From assembly GCF_052425735.1 (NCBI RefSeq), contig NC_135766.1:5456001-5520000 (forward strand): a stretch of DNA of 64,000 bases, given 5' to 3'. A model generated the notes under the pieces. That model saw nothing but the letters and a program-made list of their open reading frames with translations, was not told the origin of the DNA and searched no databases. This document shows, one piece after another, positions 24,079 through 39,000 of the stretch. The position numbers and the translations under genes are program-made. This DNA comes from Oculina patagonica (taxonomy: Eukaryota). Positions within the stretch are counted from its first letter, which is position 1; the number at the start of each line of letters is the position of its first letter.

Positions 24079-27000
24079 TTGCTCATAGAAAACTCGGGCT
24101 CGTATTCTAATTGTTAAATAGAAATTATATGTGTGGCACATGACAACGCGACGCAATGGGGACCAATCCGTTGGTATGTCCTATTGCGTTCGTTAGCATG
24201 TCTGGTTTGGATTCCAAATATAGGTTCGCTGCTTCTGGTTTTAACGCTAATTTTGTGGCCTTTATTCATTGGAATAATCAACGGACACAGTAGGAGACTC
24301 AAAAATAAAGAAACGACCGCAATGATAGCGAAATATGTCCTGCTGGCGCCATTGTTAAAACTTGGAAATCAGTCAACTGGCGCATGGCATAATGCGAACT
24401 GCGAACTGTTATCGACCCGCTAAAAAGGAGAAACAAAAAACAAACAAACTGGTTTTGATATGTGGAAAACGCGCGCTTTCGCGTTTACGTCAATGCAGTA
24501 GATTGTATGCATTCTCAGAACATATGGCCTGTCAGAAATCGACAAGCCACCTGGCGCATTCTGGTTGATAACTGGCCAACGAAGGAAACCCATACAATGC
24601 TCCAAGTGCTAATGGCTTGAGCGATTTAGTTTGCGACAATTAAACCGTCAACTGTTTTCTATCTTTCATTATTCATGCAAACAACAAGAAGTTGGCAACT
24701 AGGTGCGGAGAAGACTGTTTACCAGAAATAAAATTGTGCAATTAAACCTGTGGAAGCAGGTGAATGTTAATCCGGAGAAAATTTTTTTTTCTCTTGTTGA
24801 TTACGCCCAAATAAACAGAACATCGTTTCAGCTTTCTGATAAATCTGTGAACTTGATATATACAATAGTAGATTGTAAAGTACAGTTATGTGCGTAACAA
24901 AAACCCCATTTACTCGGTTCGATATCCGATATTAAAACGCAGCTCAGAATGTAATGTATTTTCTGTTCAATATATTCAATTTGTTTTCTTTTAGACATTG
25001 TAAACACTGCGTCAGTTTCAGTTATTGGTAACAATTTAATAATTTTTTTGACTTCGAAAGATATTTTTTAAAAAAACTATCCCAAAATAACACTTGGAAC
25101 TTTGGACTAAATTTTAATGCTGCATACATTAGGTAAATTCATAACAGTTATATCCATGGGGCGGCAAACTTTGGGTGAGTTCTTAATCTTTTCAGGCGAT
25201 AAAGTCGAGTCCGTGCTTTTAAAAGTTGCCCGAGTTTTATGGAATGGACGCATGTATTCGTTTTACTTGGAGGTCCGTTGGGGGAGGGGGTACCCTTACC
25301 CTTTCATATATCATTTTCGACAGAGAAGGTACCCCTTTCGTTTTCCCGCAATAGGAAGAAAGTACCCCTTTCACACACCTAAACAAGGGATACTGCTTCT
25401 TTTTTCTTCTTTTTTTCACTTGAATAATTCCTTTAAATACTTAAATAAATCGATCGTTCGTCCGGTGAGTCTGCTCGAAATATTTTGAAAGGTCCCCTAA
25501 ATAATGTAAATGGAAGTTTTCCTACAGCCTGTACAAAGTACTCCTTTCCCGGGGGGGGGGGGGGGGGCTCCTAGTCTAGTTTAGTATAGGGAGTATCCCG
25601 AAGGGGGGGCTTGGAAGTTCATTAAATCAGGGTTGCATTAAAGCAATCAAATAGAACTCAAAACAAAAATCCCCGTTGACTCTCCACCACTCTGAACACT
25701 GACACCAGATATTACCCATCATAATTTGAACTCCTGTTGAATTATGAAGATTTCGTACCAAAGTTATAAATATTTTCTTGCAGTTTCTACAAGCAGGGAA
25801 GACAAGTACAATCATACAAATACAATCATACAAATGCATCATACAAAGACAGTTAGTTGACAGACATTTCGTCTGGTCAACCTCAAAAGCAAATTTAAAA
25901 ATTCTCTTTATTAATACCGGATGTTTCTTCTCATATTAGTATAGTTGAGAGAATTTAATAGTGATCAACGATTTTACTTTCCTTTCTTTTCTCGTCACCT
26001 GCCTCGGCTGCCTGGTTCCTTCAAAATGTTAGATGCTATCCATTTATAGTCAAAATTCTGTTGTAAACAATCTTCATAATTTGAAGCACTTTATGCCGAG
26101 TAGTTTGCAGCGCCGAAGGATTTCAGCCTGTTGTATCGCGTCACCGCAAAAAAAAATGTTGGCAAATACTTTGATAACTTCCAATTTGTTGGGCTTCGAA
26201 CACTTCTTAAAATCACTAGCTGGTAGAATTACGTTTCATGCAATGACATGTTGTGGAAAATTCAGAAGCGCTGTAGAAGAGCGTGACAAAAACTCCCACG
26301 AGAGTGCGTGACGAAAACCAAGTGAGCGATCAAATGTATTAGTGAGCGATCAAATTCTTTTTCTTATGGCCTGAAAGATTGACTTTGTATTATTTGTGGA
26401 ACAAATTAGATGTTGATTTCTGTTACTGGAACAAACTCAATTCATTGAAATTCAGTTCCAATTCTCCCAAAAGTTTACAATGCATGATCAAAGTAACGTT
26501 AAAGGCGCACAACACCAAACAAACTCGTCCTTTCTGATTTTGTTTTCCCGTCCCCACCAGCAACACCAGGCAGAACTGGGGCACCAACCAACTTGTCAGG
26601 AGTGGGGAGGGGGTCATTACTCGCACTATATATGTTCTGTTTGTTAAGGGTGTGAGTGATAAATGAACACGCGTCTTTGAAGACGAAAACAGAAATGCCT
26701 TGTTTGCGGCTTAGTTTAAAAAAAAAATCAAGAATATTACGCAATAATTCCCTTGAGCTTCCTCCTGACAAATTTTATTCAAAACAATTCCATTCAAAGC
26801 AAAAGCTGTCAAAATCGAGAAAAAATATTAAAAGCTGTCGAATCGTTTTTCTTTTTAAGAAAACCATCAGCTTTGTCAATTGCATAATGCCATTAGAAAG
26901 GCGCTGAATAACTTAAAAATAAAGTCAGTTGTTCGATCAATAACAAGACATGATACTCATCTCGCAAACGTAGTTTTATTGCTATCCACAATCTGTACAT

Positions 27001-30000
27001 TGAAGTCTTTTCATTGCCACGAATAAATAGATAAAAAGAAATATTGCAGCAAAACCATCAAATATATTTTCATGTTTTTTTGTCAATTTTTTTAATCAAC
27101 GTTGTGACTTGTATGCAAATTCAATGGATTTTTTTCTCCTTAATTTTCACCGTTCTGTTTATTTCGCTCAGTGACAAATATTGTTAGTCGTGAAGGGGCG
27201 ATTTTACCCGGCGTGCGGTAAATTGGTGTCCCGCAATTTTTACTACACGTATTTTTATTACTTATAATTCTTTTCGCGCGAAAGGCGGCTGTGATGCTTT
27301 ATGGCGAGAGTTTCTTTCAATGCTACAATTGTAAAACTCGAAAATAACATCTTCGATTAAAACAATGCGCCTTTTAAAGACTGGTTGATGGAAAAAATTC
27401 TATTTTCCCCAGCAACAGTAACAGAAAAAAAAAACGTGTGCATTTCAGCCATGTAATAAGTGTCCAAAAAAGCCTTTGATAAAAAGTGTGATTTTGCGAA
27501 CGAAATTTCGCGAATTCTAAAACGAATGGATGAACATATGCTGTCTGTTTGTTTAAAAGAAAATAGAATTCTACATTACACTGTATGAATATTAATGAAA
27601 CAAAGGTATATTTACATCGCCTTCGTTGTGCAAAGGCACATTTGTTGAAAATTCAATGGGTTTTTTCGAGAAGACGCATAATAAATTCATTCTTAAATTG
27701 AACATTGTTAATAGCTCGTCTTGACAGCAAGCGTTGAACCATCAGCTTAATATTCACTTAGCTTGTAGACTGCCCATGTATTGTTATTATATTTCAGCTT
27801 GAATCCAGTCCAATCGAACGTAGTTCTTTTGTTGTGTGATATCCGTCCGTGAAAATTTCTCCTTTAGCAGCGAGTTGCTTACTTATTTTTTGACCATTTT
27901 CCACTTTTTCGCTATAAAGAAAAAATCTTGGTTCTTTTCCATGTTCGACTATTCTGCACAAATAGTTCTTCAGTGAAAATCGCCAGCAATTATAAAAGCC
28001 ACAAAAGCACATCTCTCCGACCGGATAAATATCCACAATCTTGGAACACAGGATTGAAAAAGTCGCTCCGCGTTCGCAGTTCACCTCTGTCACAATTTAT
28101 TTTTGCCAAGCGCTGAAGCGAATCCAAGCGGACATGAACGAATTTTACGCGTCAACTCTCCAAATGTCGAATTTTTTTTTCCTACCGGTTTAGTTACACT
28201 GGCAGATTTTGAATGGTTTCCAAACCGGTTTATATCACATTGCTTGATGCCTCGCTTGACAGTGACGTGACGGCGTTGTTCGCTTTTGTTGGGTTCTCTA
28301 AAGCTAGAATAATATCGTGATGCATGTCTATATGTTTCTTGTGATCGGCGTTGCTCGCCGTCTGAAACACTTTGAGCTCGCCGATTTCCTGTAAAAGTTT
28401 CAAAGTCTCTTCGTTGACCATTTGTATCGTCGGCGCGAGGCTCGATTTGTCCTGCTTTATCGTTTCCTCAGTGTTATTCGAACGCCTTCCAGATGCTGAC
28501 TTCTTTGCCGGCGCGTTTTCTTTCGGGGAGCTTTCTTCGTCCCGTCTTCGAGATGGCAAGCATCCCATTATACTGAGCTTAAAACACTCTCGCATCTAGA
28601 GGAGAAAACATCATGATAACACAGCATTAATATTCAGTTTTGCCGCCGTCAACTGGCATCCCAACAAGGTATCAGCTCTACCTCCAGTTGCTCGGCTGAT
28701 CAGCCTGTATTATATTTAGCATTGGATAACATTTAATTATTAACTAACACAGACAAACGTGTTTGATGACATATGACGTCATTTTGGGCTGTCAGAGATG
28801 AATTTGCGAAAGGTTTCGATTCCATGTCGCAAAATAGATCGAAAGCGCTAGTTTATTTTTCAGTCACATTCAATTATATCAAGCCTGGCTTGATAGAAAA
28901 ACGAAAGCAGCGAGCGTCATTGGGCGGAAAGGTCAAGAAAAATAACAAAATATTATATTCTTCTATCACAACAGCAGCCGATATTCAAATTGCATTCAAA
29001 GTTTTTTGAAGCTAATATGATCACTGAATTTTAATCGAGTGTAAGCCATGTACACTCCGCCATAAAAGAAAAGAAATAAGTGAAAATCCATTGACAACCA
29101 AATTTGTTTGAGTTGAATTAAACACATCAATTGGTAGCTTGGCATTATTCATCAAGCCTGTCGCACACAGAGACATGTGTAATCAAACACAAATGAAAAC
29201 CACAAATAAAATTAACGCACATCTGATTCGGACGGAGTTTTATGTTCTATGCAGAGTTGAAACGCCTTTCTTGCGCTAATAAAGCTAACAGCGAAACGCA
29301 AGTTTGTCGTGGCAGCAGTTGCATCAATTCACTGACATAATAACATCTTACAATTAAAGTATTTCATTTCATTTCAAATTATAAAAGCAGAAAGCACCTA
29401 CCTTTCCCATTGTGTAGCTTTATACACTTCTCTTGGTTAAAATCACACAAAAGAGCAGCTAATATGTGCGAAATGAACGGCGCAGGGTTTGTTAATGCGA
29501 ATGCGATGGAACCTAGAAGAGTACACACACGCGACGTGAATTGTGAAATAAGAATGAGTCAGTCTCGCTGGAGTGAGTGGGCTTTAAAAGGAAAAGCATG
29601 ACGTCATCAAATGCTCACAGCTTGATCAATAAACACTTATATCAGACTACCATCACGCATTGAATAAAGCTCACGCCTTTCTTTAGCTTTTCGCCTAAAA
29701 ATAAATCACGTTGAAAACACGTTGAGCACGGAAGTAAAAACAAGATCGATAATTTTACCCCCAGCAACAAGCAAGCAGAGCGTTGCGTTGGGTGACAGTT
29801 TCTGCTCTCAGCCACCGAGCGCGCGCTGTCTGTATGAATTATTCATATTAGAACCTTTCGACCCTATCAAAGAAGATTATGTTTATTTTTAGTTGAAATA
29901 TAGAAGGATACGCTTATCTAGCCGCTATAAGCCCCCGATTGAAAGCATCTCTCGTAAATAATATAAATTCGTGAGTCGGAATTTAACCTGTGATTTTTTT

Positions 30001-33000
30001 GAAAGTGGTTGCATGCTTTCAAAGAGGTGATTTTGGTAATTTCGCGTTCGCGTGTAGTCGCGAACGTTCGGTCCGGCCATGACGTCCTTAAAGCAATTAA
30101 CTTCGTCAATGGTAGATTAATGCAACATTAAGCTCTAAATCTGCCTCGCTGTTGAAATACCTTCAGGGCAAGTGCGCTGAAAGAGCGAGGCATGTAATCG
30201 ATATAAGTTTAGTGACGCACATTAAAAATGTTGCGTGAACCGAAGAGCTTACAGAAATAACCTCGGTTCAAGAGATTTCGTGGTCGTGAGATCGGAAAAA
30301 TCTCCTTTGCCTTCTCGAAAGAATATGGGGAATTTGTGACCTGCTCAGTGGGAGGAAAATTGTATATGAAAAAAAATAATTACAATGCATTCGAAAGTGA
30401 TACTGGGCTTATATAAGGCGAGGGAAACCCCTTTTTAGAAACTCGAAAATTCTTGAAATATTGAGCATAAACGCAAGTTAATATTTGCTTTGTGGTCTTC
30501 GTGATATCGCTATCGAATCTACTTGATCAAATAAACTATCAACAATTAACGAAAGTGTTAGCATTAAATCTAATTTCAAACAAAACAAAATGAAGTCGTA
30601 AAACGAACTCGGAAACCCGTGTAATGAGTGATAATGAAACATCACGGACAATGAAACGACAGCTCGCCCACGTAAGTAAACATTGTGCTTTCTCATCGTG
30701 ATATAACCGTGATGATACGCAAACGCTGATGAATCACAGCTGCTAACTGACGTGGGTTCGTTTTCCGTTCGAGAAATCAATGACTTGATGAAACCTACTC
30801 ACACGACATGCAAGAGGTCACATCAGGAAATATGTCATATTTACGTGGTGGAAAAACAAATTGAAGGAAAAAGGGAATGAGGGTGAAACTGGAAGGAAAC
30901 TTATGAAATAAACAGGCTTGATGCTTTGTTCCACCCAGTACGTTCCGGTAATGTGGCGATCAGATAAAAAATGTGCGTGCAGCTTAAAATTTTCGAGTCT
31001 CATTGTTGTATCTCTAATGATTGTGTTCAAATTTTGGGATTAGCAATGTCCATTATTACATTTTTACAGCCTATATTTTAAGTTCGTTAAAACGTTTTAG
31101 CCCTTCAGTTCCTAGTCTCCTTCGCTTTTGGGACGTCACGCAACGCTCCGCTGCGAAGGAGATATTCAGTTCCTTGCGATCAAACCGATCCTTCTTTCAC
31201 TTGATTTGGGTGAAAAATGAAGAGTTTTCTTTTCTTTGCCTTCTCTCGCTACAAAGGAGAGGAAAACTTGATTTGTAGGTTAATAGTGACTAAAGAACCC
31301 ATTCGCAGTCACCCACTGTCACTTTCTGTCATTCAAGGGGTTTAGTGACAAACAGACAACAGCTCTTTCCGAAACTGAATTAAGTGGCTTCTTCATTCGA
31401 ACAAAAAGTAAAACCAGAAAATATAAAGGTACGTACATTACGGCAAACAACTTGATTTATGATTCAATTCGCCAAGCCCAGGAATCATGTGACAACGCGA
31501 AACGAGGTTCAGAAATATAACAAATGATTCTTTATTGAATCAAACAAACCACACTTCCTTTTTGACAACCACAAATAAACACTCCCCTTCATACTCTATT
31601 GAGATACCTTTCCAAACTGGAACGGATGACATATATATCACAATGTCTCCGATGGGCGCTTTCCTGTTTTAGACTTTAAGAGCAATTGCGTGCAAAAAGC
31701 TTCAATTAACAAAAACAATACACGGCAACAAAAAAGGATACTACAATAGTCAGTGAATTTTGTAAATGGTTATATCAATTCAGTCCAAAAGATAACTAGC
31801 ATTAAAATTCTAAAACAAGGCTATAAATTACTGTTCTTAGCCTTATAACTCATCAAATGACTCGCGCGCTGGACTCCAAATCGAGATGCTATGGTTGCTG
31901 TAGACTTGCACCAAGTCGCCCTCTATTGGCGAGCGAAGCGAGGAAGCGTCGCGAAGCGACGACCGCGAGTGACGAAGTCGCGAGAGGGCCGTACGTGACA
32001 TACCTAAACCGCGCGTCGAAGGACTTTGAGAAAGTCTAGGGTTGCTGCGATGTTTGGCCAGGGACATCCCATTGTTCTCTTGAGCAAAAAAAACTTTACT
32101 CTCACAGTGCCTCGCTCCACCCAAGACCAGAGTATCCAGAGGATGAGCAACGCCATTCACTGGATAAATCAGTATCCACTTGATACAGTTTTTTTGTTTC
32201 TTTTTCTATTTATTTTTTGCAACATTTATCCACTAGATATTCTTTTTGCAACATTTATCCACTAGATAGCGATTTGTCAGGTATTGAACCCAATCTCAGT
32301 GACACTTCAATATAAGCAAATGATGTATTCTCAACCTGAACTAATATTAACAATTTATTTTTCTGAAGAGTTATATTTGAACCTTGACTCAGTGAAAAGG
32401 TTTAAAAACAGATAATGAGCAGATTCCAACCGCAGTTACTATATCAAAATAGTACTAATGACCTGTTACAATAAAAGAAGTTTGTATTGAGTCTAACACA
32501 TGGCGTGCACGTGAAACTGAGAACGAACTGAGAAATTTACTACGAAAACAACGGAATATTTAGCACAAAATATTGAAACTAAATATCATGATAAATACTT
32601 CACCATTAGAACTACAGAAACTGGGGTGAACGTGCATCCCGAGTTGCTTTTCGTTTCTTTTTTTTCTCTCTCTCTCGTTGTTTGTCTTGCACTACTTAGT
32701 GTGAAAATTGTGATTCATTAGAATCGATGCATTCATGCAGTGTTATAATATGTAATACAAAGTGCAAGTAGAAAGAAGTGACAGAGCAAGCTAAAAGACC
32801 ATGGCTTTTTCAAGTAACACATGAATCGATAGTCGCTTTTCAATTTATGAGTATTGTTGTTAGAAATTTAGCGGCATATTGACATGAGAATTTTTGATGT
32901 TCAAGCTTATTTGACATGTAGCTAATGCCAGACTAACCCAACGGCTATCACACCCTGACAGATCTTAAAATATACCAGCTGTGTGCTATTTTAGTCAAAG

Positions 33001-36000
33001 GACTTTATATCGAATACTGCATCTACCACTGAGACACCCATCTGTCGATATATATTGTATTAATGAATCAAACAAAAGACCCGTTAGAGACCTACAGATA
33101 GATTGTTCCCATGGTAACACTGGCAAACAAAAATACACTGAACAACAGACAGACATAGCAAAAATAGATTTTCATTTCCTGCAGAGAAGATAAAACCCAT
33201 TGTATAGCTGATAAAACCAGTCAAAGTTCAAAAGCGAAAGTCTGCTTTTAAAAAAAATACAATGCACAACAGACAGCAAAAATAGATTTTCATTTCCTGC
33301 AGAGAAGATAAAATGCATTGTTAAGCTCAGTCAAAGTTCAAAAGGGAAAGTCTGCTCGAGTGGGAATGAAAGTCTGTAGATGAGATGAAAGTCTAGTACA
33401 TGTGTGATCATTATTCAAATTGCAAATGAAGGCTAACGAACAGTATTTTTGTTAGTAATGCTGTTTATTATAGGTCGTATAGTGTGATCGTCCGGGTGAG
33501 AGTAGTTCTGTACATAGACTGTCCACAGCTCTCTATTTTTTCGTGTTTCTTCGATCGATGAGCGCACGGTGAGAAAGGCGAAAGAACTGGACGTCAGCGC
33601 AAAACGGAAGAAGCAAGGGCGTGGGGGACGGGGAGCGAAAAAAATAATTTTTCCTTCGCTCGCTTCCCGTCCCCTTCCTTCCACGCGCTCGCTTCGTTTG
33701 CTTTTTAGCGTTGAAAAATCGAGAGGCTGTGGAGAGTCTAGTTCTGTACATGTTTGTGATTCTAACTTTCTAATTTGTAAATAAAAACCTAGTGTGTGAC
33801 CATTCATATGAACACTATTGACCAGTACTTTCATAAGGTACTTTTTTTTTATAGTATACAAGGCAGTTCTAATTTTTGTGCAGTTTAAAGTTGCTAATCA
33901 AACCCTACAGTGAGTTACTATGAAAGTGAAAATTGACTTATTTAATTTCTTATCTTTTTTTATTTTTATTCTAATTTTTAATGTTATATTATAATATATT
34001 GTGGCTGAATAGCCCTGTAAAGGGATCTTCAATAAAATGTATAAATGTATGCATTTATGTAAAACTAAATGAAAGCTATTGAGCGGAACTTTCAGTGTGT
34101 AAAAGTGGTGCTTTTGATTTTGCAACTTATACATGCAAAAAGTTTTAGAAAATGTTTCATATTCTGCACCTGCAACACTCTAAAATTGTACATAGTTGTT
34201 CGTGGAAACAAAAAACTCGAGTACATACCGAAATGTTATTTTTAATCAGCATGTCGTAAGTCAGTAAGTATCCACAAACCGCATCGATATCGTCATTTTT
34301 TTTTTCATTCCACTGTTTTTCTTCTTGTTCAGGCATGAAGTCACTTTGTGGCCGGAACTCCATTGACGTATAAAACAGACGTTATTTGCTCGGGTCGCTC
34401 AGGGTCACACAGCATATAAAGACGGTTCTATAAACCAGCACGGCCGGCTTGAACTTCTCATGAACTGCATTCAATATAAGCAGAACTAAACAAGTGTCTG
34501 TAAAGTTGATTGAAATGACTGACGGAATGGACACTATTTTTAACATCGTCTATTAATAAATCAGAACTGAACCGCACCAACTCGCTTGGAATCGAAAAGC
34601 CTTTTAAAACCACAATTATTATAACTGATTAAACTTTTGATCTTTCAAGCTCGCAGCCTCCACTACGGCGTTTTCTTTGGAATGAAGATCTCTTTGATCA
34701 CGAAAAAAGATACTGTTGCCAAAATGGAAAGGAAACAACTTCAAAAGTGATGTAAATTTCGAGAGGTGAAACACCTACCATCTTTATTATAGGTTGAAAC
34801 ACGTTCACAAACAACACCGAGTTTTGAACAAGAATAACCTATTCAAATTATCCTAAATAAAGAACTGATCTTGCAAAAATTCGGCGGCGCACTTGAGCCT
34901 GCGTGCTTCTAATCAACGACCCACTTGACCAACATTTGACCCCCTTGACAGCACTCAATCAAAAATAATCACAAACGAGACTCGGAATGGTTTTCTTGAC
35001 GCACATTGTGGGTTCCAATTTCGAAACAACTCGCACGAGTTGGCTTGGCTGAAATAGAACATCCAAGCACACGTACTGAATTTGCGTGTTTATACTGAGT
35101 TCATAGCTAAAAAAAATAGACCGTTTGAGATTTACGTCATACAAAATTGGCGCCTTTGTATTAATTATGTTTGCTTAGATTGTGTTTATGGAGAATTTAA
35201 TATCAACAGCATCAGCATATTGATTGATTTTGAATTATTTTTAGAACATTTCACCCCTCTTTCCCATTCGAATTTACGTCTTTAAAAACTCTCCCAATCT
35301 AAAGAATTTTTTTCCATCCTTAGGCATTTTAGTTCATTTAAGCCGATGAAAAACATTTTAAACACTGGCTGAAAATGAAAGTAAAATTGTAACTGTTCGC
35401 ATTGTAGCAAGTCATTTTACTTAAAATTAACGTTCCTAGAAAACCCGAATATCGACGGAATATTAAGTTTTATTAAAAAGATGTGTACTTTGATCCAACA
35501 TAACACGAAATGATAAAGGGGGAATTATAGCTGAATGAAACGGCATTGAAGTCAAAAGGAGAGAAAAAAAAATGTCAAAATACCCACCACGCAATAGACT
35601 ATGAAATAGATTACCCATCCCCCTTCGAATAATTAACGCTCTCTGTAAAAGCCGCAAACCGTCAATCATGCTGTAGCTTCATCCTCGTACCCAGGGTCTT
35701 CGTTCCCTGCGCAGAAAGGACGGAGACTCGAGGTACGAAAATGGCTGAAGCTTTTACAGCGGTCACACACACTGCGTACGCGCGCGATGTCCGTCACGAC
35801 AACCTGGTGCTGACCAGAAGGATCGCGGCCTCTGGGGACGAGAATGTCACGACTATCGCTGCCAATGTCTCAAATTGTAAAATCTTCTACTTAAAGGCCA
35901 AGATTTAAAAAATGTACTGAAAATCTTAAGCTTCGTAAGAAGAATATCTGCAGAAAATAAAATAACTGTTATCCGCTCACGTATTATCGTTTGGAAATTT

Positions 36001-39000
36001 CTTAGGTCTTGGTCATCGAAGAGAACTGTTTTGACATGAAATTCAATTCTTTCAGCTTCTACCACAAGAAATTATGAAGCCGGTAAAAGAGAGAACTTGC
36101 ATGTAGACATCACGATGTTTGAATGAAAAGAGACTAAAATGTATCTCAAAAATGGAAGTCCAACTGAAACGGGGCCAGTGGCCGATCTAGGGGAGGGGCC
36201 CAGGCAAACTTTTTTTGGATGTACACATAAAAAAGCCCCCCCCCCGCCCCAACCCTTGTTAGTTCAAGGTCTGGATCGGGGGTGATCCTTTTCGATGCCA
36301 TTTACAACCTCGTTCCCAGGGCTTTTCCCATGGTAAATAGAAGAGAGTTATCAAATGCACTGCTGGACAAAGAGTACCTTGTGATCTTGAGGAAAAACGT
36401 CACCACTGTCAAATTGTAGATAGACCAGCTGATGAACTTGCTCTCGTTGAAGGCCGACGGTGCTTTCCTGACGTTATAACACAAGTGAATTCCCCAGAAC
36501 AGGAATAATATTTCAACTACAAACAGGCAAAACATGAACATCAGTGCAAGTGAATGTAGTCTTCCTAGTTGTTAAAACAGCTTACTTAAGGCAGTTACAG
36601 TTGTAAAAAAAAAAAACTAGAAAAAAAGGTAGGGGCAGGAGCCGGGAGTAAAAGGTACGAGAAGTTGAAAGTTCATACCCCCATGGCGTCGCCCCAGCTC
36701 CTCAGGTGAATTAAGGCCTGGGTCAAGGGAGAGTTTCACGTCCCCAGCAGAGTTCAAGGAATTCGTGGAATTCGCGTGGATCTTGCGAGGATCTTGCGAG
36801 TTGCCATAGTGACTTTCGGGAACCCGCGGAGAACGCGCGTACGTTCGCGAAATAATTCCGCCATCTTGAATTATCGTTTGTCGTTGTTGACTTTGACGAT
36901 TCCAGCAATTTAAGGACTCAGAAGAAGAAGATCTTGTAGGAAGGTAAGAAAAGCTTTCTTTTGTCTCTTAATCCCATCGAAAGCATGGCAGAATATCGCT
37001 ATTTTATGCAATACAAATAGCTGGAATGTTGATCGTTTGCTATAAGCTTAAACTGTAAACTCTATCCGGGAATTGAAAACAGAGTGGAGCCATGGATTCA
37101 TAAAGCTTACACAGAATAATTTTCGTGTAATATTCTCCAAGATTTACAGTGCTTGAAATATTTCGGTTGTCTTTCTTTTAGTTTCGCTGGCGAAGGATGC
37201 CAAAGCGCGTGGAGACTCGCACAGTTGGCTATATAAGGTCAACTGAAACGTACAATGGTCATATTTTACATACTGCAAATAAGCTAATTTGCCAAACACA
37301 CTCACTGGCAATTTAGGCTAACTAGGTTCTTAATTTTTATGAAGGAAATATAGTTTTTGATTACCAGAAAAATAAACTTGATTGGTTTGGTCTTAAAAAA
37401 CAGTATTCAATCTGATTTATCAGCAACAAAACTGATTACAGAAATTATGTATATTTGGTGTCATCTCTTCAAAGTCAAACTCCTAGGTTATAAAATGTTT
37501 ATCGTAATTTAACTGTGACCCACATACCTGCTCGATCTTGCTTGACTAAACAGGCTCACTAACAGGTTCTTATATTTGGATCATATGTACATGTATTAAA
37601 GGCACCCATCGACTGATTCTCGACTTATACTGTTGTCCAACATGTTGAACAAGAATTGGTCGATACATCAGCTAACATAAACAAATAGATAAACAGAATA
37701 TATCTGAACACAACAATAATTTTGTAGAGCCACATCTTGCATTTGAAATTTTGATGTTTAAAATTTAGAGACACTGTCATTTATGACAGTCTTTACTGAC
37801 CAAATGAACACAGGCACACGCTCAGGTTTCTTGCCCAGGTACCGGCACTATACAAGCCTGACTTCTGGCCGTCATTCTGGCACTGGCTCTGTGTTAAGTG
37901 GCCAGTTCACCGAAATAAAACTCGCAAAAAATGTTTTCTCTTTTTATTTTCAAAAAGTGGCACAAAATAGATATTAACAGCAGCAATGTGTCCTATGAAG
38001 TAGTTTTTGAACATTTTGTCAATGGACTAATGAAACACAGTAAAAGCATAAACATTTCTGATGGTAACCTTATACCAGAATCACTCTTTCATAAAAGCAA
38101 TACAATAAACTTCAAAATATGTGCCATCAAAGCCATGAGTTATTGTATACTGGTCAGTAAGATATTATTGGAGCCAGCATTGCGATAATGCCTGTTGTTG
38201 TTGGTCTTCTTTCAGGGCAGCTGGTATCTAAACATTTTCCGCAATGGAAATCAGAAACTATGGAATGGCATGCTTAACACCTACGTTCAGCACAATTGTA
38301 CCAAGAGAAAAAATATCTCTGGCTTTGCTACAAGGAGAACCATAAAGTACTTCAGAAGCAATGTGAGGATAACAAATGGTGTGCTTCTTTGCAGGAGAAA
38401 TGGAGCTGTCACATGCTTTTCCAAAATCAATGATGTAGCCATTTTTGTTACTCACTTTTCACAAGAACATTATTGGACTTAAAATCACAGTGAAGAAAGC
38501 CTTTTGCATTAAATAAATATATGTGAAAGGACATCTGTCAGGTCATGTGAAATAATTAACCAGTCATTTCTTGTCAGGGAGTTTTGCACATTTTTCAGCA
38601 ATACACTGTTTTTATCACAAGATAATAGTTTTCTTATTGTTACAGAAGTGTCGTGTTCCCATTGAAAGTCCATAATAAAGGATATGGGTTCCTTTTTAAG
38701 CTGTACACCTATAATGGTAGGGATATTTTGATGTGTAAGGGACTGCATAATTTGAGCCTCCTTTGTTGTCTCCTTGGTATCATGCACAAGGGACTGTTTT
38801 TCTACAACCTGTACATTTAACTACATGTTCTGTCTAAAAAGGCAGTGACCATAGCATCCTTCACCTCGTATTATGTTGTTTCCATTGGTTGGAAGAAGTT
38901 CAGTGGGATCAATTAAATTTACATCATACTATTTGGTATGGGATGAGACTGATTTTACATTCCTGTTTTTAAGCTGGAAAATAAAGTTAAATAAATTATC

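Noticed and set aside
24114-26630. Exon-like pieces at 24114-24420 and 26499-26627
   Set aside because: No consistent start, phase or family motif, and the GPCR model is complete without them.
34157-34363. 68-aa ORF (MEFRPQSDF...) as a second nested gene in GPCR intron 7
   Set aside because: TATA-like and UTR-like sequence is nearby, but there is no homology or splice support, so it cannot be supported without transcripts.
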